From contig NW_024704742.1 in assembly GCF_018977255.1 (NCBI RefSeq), positions 90,398,001-90,462,000 on the forward strand: DNA of 64,000 bases, in the 5' to 3' direction. The stretch's first letter is position 1. Each line of letters begins with the position of its first letter. The DNA comes from Callorhinchus milii. Taxonomy: Eukaryota. The notes beneath the pieces are model-generated. The model was not told the DNA's origin. It searched no databases and saw nothing but the letters and a program-made list of their open reading frames with translations. This document shows positions 22,831 through 34,352 of the stretch, piece by piece. The translations under genes and the position numbers were made by a program.

Positions 22831-24829
22831 AAATTGTGCCGACAATTTTTTTCTGCAAAATGTAACCCTCACCTTTGCTCTCTCTAAAACAAAGCTGGTT
22901 TACCCAGTCACAGTGTCCACAGGAGAGAACTGTATTGTGGATTTTAATCGTTTTTTAAAAAAAAAATAATATGTAGGTAGCTTCTACGGAAAGCAATGCA
23001 ACCGTATGAGGAGTGTCTGTAACATTCTACCACATCACGTTCTGGGCAGGTCATCTTTGGAGGACGCCATCAGGTGTCCATAATTCAGGTGCAAACATTT
23101 CAGATGCTTGACACACGTTGTTTCTGGCGCAGTACAATGTTAATTCAGTAACCATCTGCAAGTAAAGGGATCTGTCAGATTCATCCAAACCTGATAAATC
23201 CAAAAAAAATCTGCTTCAAGTATAAGAGAATGAATAATTTATACCGAGTAGACCAACATAACCACAACCATCAACTACACGTGGAGTAAACTCATAGAGC
23301 TTAGGGCAATCTTGGGAAACTAAACGTGCACAGTTTGGCTGAGTTTGCAATGCACAGGATTTTAAAATAACACAGAACTGTGTAACATTTCATTTATGGA
23401 TTATCTGATCAGATCTCTATCAGCTGAAAACAGTGACAGAGGAACATGAAGAGTCAGTAATCTTCTTGCTTGATTGGCACAAAATTGTATTTCAGGTGAT
23501 AAGGTTACTTCAAACAGCATTACCAGCACACTGCGGATTCTGATATTTATTTAACCCAGTGATTGCTATCCCCTGAAACATCAACATCTGACAAAGACAG
23601 AGGATTCAACCCAAATAAGCAGATCTCTCATTTAAAAAGAACTATTAAACTACTGTTACCAGTATTTGTGAGCCAAATTTCGACCAGTATCTCTTTCACT
23701 ATTTACTTCCATTATTTCAGAATAATCTTTCGCTATCTATCCTCTCAAAAATTCAGAGTTTTGGAGACTCCCCTCTGAGATCTTCCCTTAACCTTCTTAG
23801 TTTTAGTGGAACAGACCCAATTCTTCCACGTCCACCTTTATAACTGTGATACATCAGAATATCTGTGAGCATTTTCAAGCCTCTGTTGTCAGTATTGTGA
23901 TAAAGGTTCTAGGGGCAGCACAAATCTGGCCCTGTCAATCCATTTCTGTTTACAGCTTGAAAATCTGGGCAACTCCCATAACATAGGACATAATAATTGC
24001 TGGGTTGAGTTTGTATTCAAAAATACCTGGTGCCCTTCAGTAAAGGGAGCAACACAGAGAAGACCATTGCATAATTTTGCAGAAAGTTATTTTACTTTAG
24101 AATAAATGGACGATCAAAGGCAGTGCAGTTTCTTTTTGTAAAATAAATACGAGTACAGAAAATCTGGAACAGATACAGAACCCTTCATGCGCTGCTCCTT
24201 TCTTCTCTCCTGGCTCTCCCATCATCAATCCAACTCCTCACTGATTATTTCAAATGACATGTCGTACAGGGCAACCCCTACTGTGGACCCTGCTACACTG
24301 GAAGCGCATTATGCCTGGCTTCTTGTACTGACTAGTCAGCTTCTCATACTAATAAATGGCTCACTTCCCTGTGACCAGGTTGACACTGACATCAATTGTT
24401 CCTTTTGTAGCACTCAGATTGTAATGGTTGTCTTGCATTTCAAAGTATTTTTACAGCCATTGAAATACAGAAACATTTCTCTGTCACTGCAAATCCCAAC
24501 TGAGTGCCAATGTTCATGCATTTGGTGAGTTTCAATCTGCTATGTAATAAATAGCTCACATTCCGGGAGCTTCACGGACATCTTTCCCCTTTGCTTCTCT
24601 ATTCTTTGAGACTGATAAATAGTTTTAGATTCTCCCCTCAGTAAATGATCAAACTCTTCATAGCTTCTCAGAGCCTGAACATTGTACAACAACTTGTACA
24701 ATGTATATAGCGCACTTCACATAGCACCATATCTGAGCACTTTACAATGATGGGGTTGGATGCTGAGAAAAGAAACTGGGAGAATAGAAGGTCCCCAATT
24801 ACGGCCTAACCAATGCCCTGTATAAACTT

Positions 24830-25150
24830 AATAATAATAATCCTTGCATTTGATATAGCACTTTTCACGTCTTCTAGACGTCTCAAAGCGCTTCACAGAA
24901 TATGCTGTAAAGTGAATTGACTGTATATTTGTGGACGAAATGCGGCAGCCAATTATGCACAGCAGTGTCCCACAAACAGTTGTTGATTGAAAATTACTAA
25001 TTTATTATTGTTTTTATTGGTTTTTTTTGGAGGGGTTATTATCAGGCGCGTGGAGTAAGGAAACTCGCCCAAGGTTTTGCCCTGCCTGGAATTGAACCCA
25101 AGTGTCTCGTTTGCAAGGCGAGTGTTCTAACCACTGAGCTACAGGACTCC
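24830..25150 (-). mobile_element. Full-length tRNA-Ala SINE, short subfamily, TSD aactt
   Basis: Reverse-complement match to 5221-5535; aactt at 24825-24829 and 25151-25155. Confidence 0.93.
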
Positions 25151-26722
25151 AACTTGGTTATATAACTTCTCCAGGTTTGACCTCTATCCAGTAAGTTGTC
25201 ATATACATTCTACTGGAATGAATCAGCTTTGCTCATCATAATCCAGTACCCTAGAGTGCTACATGTAAACACAGTGCACCTTGGGCTAATTCACTGAATA
25301 GTGTGGGGAAAACACATTGGTCATTGTGATCTCAACACGCTCCAGGATTGTAAAGGGATAAACAGGGAGAGCAAGATCCATCACAGTTTCAGTCAGAGCC
25401 TCCACCCTGCAGTAAAATTCAAGTCACGTGCCTGCTGCAAGCTCGTGCCCTCCGCCACCACCACCCACACATCACACAAACAACAACAGATCCAGAGCAA
25501 TTACAAATGCAAAGCAGTTGTGACAGCTTCAATTACCAGAGCAAACATCTGTGCAGCCTTTTAATTGGAATCATACATTTTTATGAGGCATAGTCCAAGT
25601 CATGTTTCAATCAATGTAAAATCAGTGGGGTTACTAAAGGTGCAAGCTGGGTGTCTCCCCACATGACTACAACCACCATTTAGGCACTGCAGCAAGTGTA
25701 ATGGTCAATTGGCTTATTTATTAACACAGGAACTACAATCGTGGGCATTGAAGAGTTCTGGTCAGAATCGAGATACAATTCAACAGTAGTAGGAGTACCT
25801 TCAGGGCTCACATTTCCACCTCCTTTCCACCAAACCCTATCTGGGAGTTCACTTCCCACTGTTACAATCTGCTGCGTTTACTGAGCAAGTTTGATTCGAA
25901 TTAAACCAACTCTGGCAGTTTGGCTTCCTTCCTGTGTATGTTAAACTGTGCTCTGTCTTACATCCACGGGAAGCCAGGTCAACACTGCTTAAAGATTTTT
26001 CTTGATAGAGCTGGTTATATCAGGTAACCGTTCTTGCCTTCTGCACCTCAAAAGAAAACACACTTTCAAAGTACAAGGTTTTTTGTTGCTTTGCTTTACA
26101 AGTTTAGCACTGACAGTGACATTGTGGCACATGATATTATTATTGTTTCCTTTATTGCTCTTGATTCTGGACTCCTCTTCTTGAGGTTTTACAGTACATC
26201 TCCTCTTTCAATGGTAAAATGACTCCCTTATTGTTCCTCACCAAAACCACCACACAACTGGAACTGGAAGACTTTAACGCTATGACCCAGACTGAGATTG
26301 TAGCAGTGTCAGCTGACTGCAGAGCTTCCTTTTTTTGGAGGGGGGGGGGTGTGGATGGAAAGTACCACCATATTAGGATGTTCTTAGGCGTGCTCACATC
26401 AAGGAACAGCCTGACCCAAAACCTCAGCTGTAGCGCTTGCACATTGCCTACAGAGATAATTTCATGCTGCAGGAAACACTACATCTGTTTCACTGTGACA
26501 CAATGGCAGATATCAAACCCTTCTCCACTTAGGAACCAAGGATAGTGCTCCTCAGCCCTTTTTTTCTCCCTTTAAATATACTCCTCACTGCTGGATAACA
26601 ATGGAATTGATATGCAGAATCGCATGGGATGTGTTGAAGGGAGATCAACAAATACGTAAAGTGAAATTATGACGGGATTTGGAGAAAATGTGGGCAACTG
26701 GGATTAAAAAATCTACCTTCAT

Positions 26723-26875
26723 GGATAACAACAACTTGCATTTATATAGCGGCCTTCACATCCCAGAGCACTTGACAGTAACGCAGCACAATGCCGAGCC
26801 AGGAGGAGGTCAGCATGGTCAAACAGGAAAATCTTCAGGTGAGTCTTGAAGATCGGGAAGGAGGGGGCGGAGAGA
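26723..26875 (-). mobile_element. L2 3' end inside an old CR1 3' end
   Basis: aacaacaacttgcatttatatagc tail; flanks gggcaactgggatt and ctgggctgaatggtcttct. Confidence 0.7.
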
Positions 26876-26969
26876 TTAGTGGCTGAGATCAGCTGGGCTG
26901 AATGGTCTTCTTCATCCAAACCTGTTTTGTGATCTTGGATTATCTGTGAGCCTGTCTCGGATGGAAGAA

Positions 26970-27305
26970 ACCGTGCTTCGGAGTCAGAAAATTGAAGATC
27001 CACACTGGGACTTTTAACTCACAACCTAGATTGACAATCCAATGCAGGACTGCATTGTCAGAGGTGCTATCCTTTAGATGAGATGCAAAACTAAGGTCTC
27101 GCCTGTGCCTCATCAGGTGGATGTTAAATATCCCTTGACATAATCCTTCAGATAACAATTTCATGATTATTTATAGGATATTGATGTGTGCAAAATTGGC
27201 TTCTGCATTCACCTACAAAATACACAGTCACTGCACTTTATAAGAAGTATTGTGAAGCACTTTCAATTGCCCTCCTGACATGAAAGACTCCATTCAAATG
27301 CATTT
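26970..27305 (+). mobile_element. Deu-domain SINE, degraded
   Basis: tgcattgtcagaggtgctatcctttagatgagatg, caggtggatgttaaa. Confidence 0.75.
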
Positions 27306-27609
27306 ACACAATCTGCATAATAAACACCAATATTTTTGAACTGCACTGCTTGAATTAACCATCCTTGTGAATAAAGCAATGCTCAATAGGGAGAATTTCT
27401 CACTTAAGTCAGATGATTCCAACCAAGTTAGTAATAGGATGATGTAATTCACCTAAGTATCTCTGAACTTGGTAGAGGAGCAAAAACCATCAAGACCCTT
27501 GTCGTTATGCAGAGAGCCCTGCTGGCAAGTGGGCATGTGACCATAACAACAGCAACAAATTACATTTGTATACAGCCTTTCACATCAGGAGGATGTCTCA
27601 AAGTGGACA

Positions 27610-27773
27610 CTGAATGAGTAAAGGATCAGACTCAGCTCTGGTGTCCTCCACATTCAAACAGCCTGTTCAGGTTCACAGATAAAGAATGGCCACTTGTGCA
27701 AGGTACTGGAGGACATATGGTGCCTGTGGGACCATAAGACAGTCAGTGCCTTCAGGAGAGGAGGGGTGAAAAA
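27610..27773 (+). mobile_element. AmnSINE2-like 3' fragment
   Basis: aagaatggccacttgtgcaaggtactggagg...agtcagtgccttcaggagaggagggg. Confidence 0.75.
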
Positions 27774-27908
27774 CCATGAAATAAAAACGTAAGTAAAAGA
27801 AAAATCTGCCCACCAATTTCTATTTAGAGACGTCTTTGGCTCCAATGGAAGAGGTTTGATATTGACGCATGCTCATTTTTCTGAACATGGAAGTCATTTC
27901 AAGTCATT

Positions 27909-28267
27909 GGAGTCACATAAGAGTAGTGGTTAGCATGCTCGCTCGCAAGCGAGAAGACCCGGGTTCGATTCCTAGGCTGGGTGAAACCTTGGGTGAGTAT
28001 CCTTCACATGCCTCTGTTTACCTAGTAGTACGGAGGAACCCCAGTCATTTGTCGATTGGTGGCAGATTGCTTTCCAGGTGTAATAATCCCTCAAAAACTT
28101 TTGGTAATTCAATTCACCAGTTTGTGAGACACTGCTCTGTGCCAATGACCACGTTTGCTCACAAAATACAATCCACCTCACAATATATTCTGTGAAGCAC
28201 TTTGAGACATCTCAATGAAATGATAAGGCCTACCTCAAATGTAAGGATTACTGAGGATTATTATTAT
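27909..28267 (+). mobile_element. tRNA-Ala SINE, long subfamily
   Basis: ctcgctcgcaagcgag, gggttcgattcc, tgcctctgtttacctagtagta block, (TTA)n. Confidence 0.85.
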
Positions 28268-29959
28268 TCAAAATAAACCAGTTAGAGACTGCCATTTCTG
28301 ATTAAATAAGCACATTTATATCACACATCAGGTACGAGTCAGAGTACTGCAGTCTGCAGGAGACTAAATAAAGGAGAATAAAGGATAAATCGATCACCAT
28401 TTTCCACTACCTAACTGAACCATTGTTTTTAAATAGCATAAGCATAGTCACAATTTGAACTGTGGTAAACAAAACAATTTCTAAGTGAGATTATGCTTCC
28501 GGAGAAGAAATTATGTCATACGGCTGAAACTGAAAGCACTATTGGAAGTCTTTTTTAAATGGGGAAAAGAAGAAGAGGGGAAAAAAAAGACATTGGAATG
28601 CAAAATGTGCAGAGAAAGATCAGCCGAAGTGTCCCACTGGATTTTGGGCAGCATTGCACAGAACTCTGGCTGCATCTATGAATAAAGAGCCTTTTATATG
28701 GACTCGTTTGCAAATATTGCAATATAGAATTTAAATCAGCAAGCATAGCCCGATGCTCATGATTGAGTTATGGTCTCCTCATAAATGCAATAAATCAGGT
28801 ATTCCAATCTCCACCGTGTATTCCCTCTTACACTACAGCTGTAGAATTATGGATGAGGGAAAAAAACAGCAATGCAAATGGAAAATTTACAATACTGCAA
28901 ACACTGGTGGATTTTCAATAGCTCATTAAAAGCAAGTTCTTCGCTCTCTCCACCAGTCACAGGCTAGTGCATTGAAACCAAATGAAATATCACTTCTCAC
29001 TTAAGGAATTGAAGCTTTATTATTGCTTTTTAATTCCCTGCATTGCAGTGTGGAAACTGAAATATTTAATGTTTTTCTCTCTGCTGGAGGTTTACAAGGG
29101 AGACAGACATATCTGAGTATTAGAGGGATAAACGGGGATGGCGAAAAGGTGAGATATTGGAATAAAAATATCTGACAAGGTCTAATAAACTGGTGGAACC
29201 TAGTTCTGTTTTCCTATGTTCCTATTACTAGGTTAGAAACCTATGGCGTGAAAGTGCATTATTTGATCTGATAATTACCACCGATGATATCTGTCACACT
29301 ACTTGCCACACTTTTCACCATCATATCCCTATCGCAGCTGTGTGGCTCAGTGTTGAAATGCTTCTTGATTTTGATGGACAAGTACGCCTATAGACCAGAC
29401 AACAACAGCAACATGTGAAGGATGAAATGCAAACATATTTTTGCACACAAATTATGCCATGCAGTTCACACATGCAGATTGCTTTTAAACTTTCTCTTCT
29501 TTCAACCCTACATTTACTATAGTTCTACAAACATAGTTCTTAGCAGCATAAGTAAAATAGATCATTCGGTCCACCAAGACCGTGCTACCACACATATAGC
29601 ACTATCAGAAGTATTCTGTTCAACATATTGAAGACTATTCTTTCTCCATTCTATATCAATGGGGTGGTGGGGGGGAGGGGGGGAGTGGAAGAGAAAACAA
29701 TACCCTCCCTCCCTCCCACCATCCATTATAAGACTATCCAAATTTTTAATTGTCACATCTGAAATAAAGAAAACATGCTAGAAGTAACAGTCACATAAAT
29801 CAGCTCCACATAAAGCTTGCTGACTGTGACATCTTGCCTTTGTCCTCCAAACAGAAGGGACAAAATTAAGAGAAGAACATCTTCAGTACTGACCAATAAT
29901 TAATTGATCAGATGTAAAAATTCTAGCATACCATCACAGATGATGAAACCAGCTGCAGT

Positions 29960-30305
29960 GCTTTAAAACAAGGAAATCCACGACATGAGAGGGAAGGTGA
30001 CCAATGGTCAAAGAGGAAGGTCGTCAGGTGTGATCTGAAGACAGACAAAGAGGGGGGGATGGAGGAATTGAGGCAGAGTTCCATAATTTTAGGGCGTAGT
30101 AGCTGAAAGCACAACCACATACATTTTCCTCTGAACTTCAGGTTTACACCTCATTTGAAGAACAGGGCCTCCGACCCTGTTAAAGTACCCAGCAGTACTG
30201 CAGCGGTGCATCAGCCTGGACTATTTGAGTTCAAACTTCCGACATGGGGCTTGAACCCACAACATTCTGACTTGGAGATAAAAGTCCTACCGACTGAGCC
30301 GAATA
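29960..30305 (-). mobile_element. Adjacent degraded L2 3' end (29960-30115) and Deu-SINE 5' part (30140-30305)
   Basis: gcgtagtagctgaaagcac; ggggcttgaacccacaacattctgac...cctaccgactgagcc. Confidence 0.7.
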
Positions 30306-32399
30306 TGACAAAACAAAATTGAAGTTAGAAAGATGGAAGAGTACAGTATATTGAAGTACCGAGAGAGAATCATGCAATGGCATTGAATACATAAGTATGA
30401 GGTCAGAATGAATTTAACTGAAGGCAAGCAATAGAACACTGTATTTTATTCCACCTTTAAATAAGTGCAATTTGTAACAATTATCCCACTGGTATTCAGC
30501 TATAATTTCTAACTACCTGTAAATAATTTGTGTGCCTCATTTTTAAGATTAGATTTTAGAGCATTGATCCACAGTAAACTCTAATCCATATCATTTATTT
30601 CCAAAACACCCTCCACTTGCTTCATTCATCAGAATCTCAAAGTTCCTGAATTCATTTCCTACCCTGCAGAATACATCACTTTGATAAGCCTGTGGCAGGG
30701 GGCTCTATGGAGGCTCTGACGGCAAATCACTTAGCTAACATTAAAAGTACGTTTGCACTGATCCATCAAACTTCTCAACAAGGCTTTTCAGTTGGTCGGG
30801 CTGAAATGTTAAAAATAGCACTATATTCCAATAAAGAACAGGCATGTGTACGTATGAGCAAGATATTTTCAATCAGAAGGAAGGATGGGCAATTGAATTA
30901 CAATAAAATAACTTAATTGGAAAGAGAACACTGTACATACAACATTCATTATAGCTATTTGAAGTCTACATTTGTATATAAAGGGCTGTATTATCTTCTA
31001 AAGCATTCAGCCAGTTTGCAGACATGCTTGAGTGATGTGATTGTGTTGCTTCATCTGTGAATTGGGTTTAATTGAGTTGAAGTATTCATAAAGATGCCAG
31101 GTGAGAACAAATGATAAATTAAATAGCTATTCTGCAGCCAATCAGTGCTGTGCAAACTTTCCTCAAGCTGTGATTGTGGCAGTTTTGTGAGGTATTTCCA
31201 GAGATTTAGCTTTCACAAGGCAACAAGATAGCATCCTCTTAACTATGGAAAACAGCCTCCCTCCATATGGAGTCTTGCTATGGTTCGATCAGTACTTCAG
31301 TGCTAAGGCATCACTGTGGTATTGAACAGTTTCCAATGTCATAAGCAAGATATCTGCATTCAATACAGGTCACAAAATTGCAAGCGTTTCAGATGAAGTC
31401 TCTTTGGTCCATTCTTATCTCATCCTTCCAGAAAGCCATCTTCCCCCTGTACCATTAAGTGATTTTCTTTAAATAGAGTCCAATGTGTTGACCCAACCAT
31501 TCTTCCTAATAACCAATTCAGCTGTTGACCTCCCTCTGTATTACGAAAATGATTAAAGTCAATCCATTGGCTTTAAATGCAAATCCACCGAATGCTTCCA
31601 GGTCATGGTACCAAGAAGCACTTTGATCCATCTCCCCCTTTCTGGGATGAGAAGGTAACTTTGATCTCAGTGGGAGTGTTGACCAGAATGATGAAAATAC
31701 ACTTGCTCCCATCAAGATGAATCCAGCCTACAAAGCAAGGGCAGTGACAATAACTGGTATCAGAAAATAGATTGACCAGGAATACGCTGTGAAGACCACA
31801 CAGTGCCAATTGGTGCTGCAATGTAATTCTAATGTAGTTATACGGGGGGGCTACTTCTACTACTTGCAATCATCATCCCTTAATTAAGACATTTGAAGGA
31901 AAAGGCTATCACATAGTACTGATGGAAGATAATTTTAGAGTGTTGAAGAGGCTTGACCAATTTCCCCAGGGGACTGGAACTAATGACTTTATTCAGTCAT
32001 TCGATTCGGGCAAATAAAACAATGAGAGCTAACATAAAACTGTGCAGAGAATTCAGCTCAACTATATAGGTTTCTAATACACCATTTTATTATTGCAATG
32101 AAATGTATTCAAAGAGCACACAAAACCCCGAAGTCAATATAAATTGTTCCCTCTGATCCCAATAAGATCACACATCTCAGTCATGCATTTATTCAGCGCG
32201 TGTGGAATGCACCTCACCTGCAGGAAATCAGACATCACACAATAGGGACGTTGAGGAATATTAAAACCCAGGGCATGTTTCACAGTAAATACACTGATTA
32301 AGGTGGAATATTTTCCAGCCTATTCATAACCTTCGTTCTCCAAAATGTGTGTGAAGACAACATAAAGGCAAACCCACTTGAAGTTACACCTGTAACTTC

Positions 32400-32581
32400 T
32401 GAAAGTCTCTGCCTCTCTCCCTCTGCTTCACCCATCTCTATCTAATTTTAAACCCCACCTTAAAACCTAACTCTTTGATACATCCCTCTCCTCCCTTGCT
32501 CAGCAAACGACCCCACCACTGTGAAGCGCTCCGAGACACGATCGAACATGAAAGACACGATATAAATGCAAATTGTTGTTG
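32400..32581 (+). mobile_element. L2 3' end
   Basis: ctgtgaagcgctccgagacacg...tataaatgcaaattgttgttg. Confidence 0.75.
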
Positions 32582-33289
32582 AAGGTATGGGCAAAGAAAG
32601 CAGTCAACAGGGGAATGTCCCTGGCACTTCTTCCAGGTGCCTATGTTTTTATAGAATTGTGTATGCTTTGGAGAAATATGCTATTCTTGCTTAATTTCTG
32701 GCATTTTGGTCCCAGCACTAACTTTGACTACTCCAGCCACAAGCACATTCCACACGGTTCATGTAACGCTTGCTGCTCTCATGATGAAAGATTTCTGAAA
32801 ACTCATTTGGACAAAAATATTAGTGTGAATAACTAAATTAAAGATGATGCATGATGCTGGAGCGGGAAGATGGCAGTGTTGATTTACTGAAATACTTTGG
32901 TCAATGGACCAAAGGGCGTTCTTCACCCAAAAAAGATTTTGTGGCCTGTGCTTAATGCAGGATTGGCTGCTCGTGGTCCCATTGGGAGCAAGTGAATACC
33001 ACAATGACCTACTACTTTCAGATAACATTAAGGGATAACATCGGGTATCTTTTTACCCAGTTTATACACATAAGATGTAGTTTGGCACCAGCAGGTCAGT
33101 ACAAGGCTCCATCTTTGAAAAACCCTCTCAAACATCCATCCTACCACTTTCTAAACGTCTCTCAAACCCATACCCACAACTCTCATTTTTCTTAACTTCT
33201 TCTCACACACACACCAGCTACAGCTGCCCTCATCCATGCGACCAAATCTCATTCAGTGCCTAATTTTCCAGACTATGTTCAACCAAACA

Positions 33290-33409
33290 TACATGGTGAA
33301 CAAAAAGTTGTGATACCATTTATTTTAATATTTACTCTATTTCTTCATCATTTCTTTAAGACTTATTAAACATTGTAATGGCATCACAACTTTTTGATCA
33401 CCCTTTGTA
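33290..33409. mobile_element. Tc1/mariner-type MITE (~120 bp)
   Basis: TIR core ggtgaacaaaaagttgtgataccatt vs aatggcatcacaactttttgatcacc (24/26); TA on both flanks; AT-rich spacer. Confidence 0.8.
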
Positions 33410-34106
33410 TTTTGTGTCCATCATTTTGGTTTAACTTTTAGGTACTAAAGATGAACATATTAATGCTAATACACTTCACCCACCATATCATTGTTAGTTG
33501 ATTTCGTCAATGGAATCGGCAATGGTAAAATATGTAGGTCTTCTCCTCAGCAATGTTACTTCAGATTGGGACAAGAAGGGAAATCTACAATGATATAGTA
33601 AACTCATTTTATTATTACACAGTTGTCACTGCCTTGACACAAAATAGGTAGGACTGTCAGTCAAACCAATGAGGCAATAATGGTCCTAGCACACTCAAAG
33701 CACGGCAGATTTTTGTTTGGTGGATCATTCACCAAGAAGTTGAAATATTAATCTTCCAAAGATACACATAACAGTGGTGTCCACGGGAGCAATAATCCAG
33801 TGATATTCTCACATGCAGATCAAGTATACATCCCAAGCAGACAGCCATTGTGGTACACAGATCTGACAAACATAAAAATAATAATAATAATCCTTACATT
33901 TGATGTTGATTGCATCTCAAGCCTGCATCATTTTGCCTGTTGTGCAGGTCATTGTTATGATAAATTTAACACACAGTCCCCAAAAGATGAAAACTTGTCA
34001 AAAGACATATGGTTGAAAACAATTCTTTATTGCACCAAATATATTGTACCAAATGTGCAATTAACTTGTCCGGCTAGAAAATATTGTACCTACATTTGCC
34101 TACAGT

Positions 34107-34352
34107 AAACCTTGGGCAAGTTTCCTTACTCCACACGCCTAATAATAATCCCTCCAAAACCCAAAACAATAATAAATTGGTCATTTTCAATCTACGACTG
34201 TTTGTGGGACATTGCTGTGCGCAATTGGCTGCCGCGTTCGCCCACAAATATATAGTCAATTCACTTTACAGTGTGTTCTGTGAAGCGCTTTGGGATGTCC
34301 TCCCGACGTGAAAAGCGCTATATCAAATGCAAGGATTATTATTATTATTATC
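34107..34352 (+). mobile_element. 5'-truncated young tRNA-Ala SINE inside an older SINE tail, TSD acagtaaac
   Basis: Near-identical to 5293-5535; acagtaaac at 34102-34110 and 34353-34361. Confidence 0.92.
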
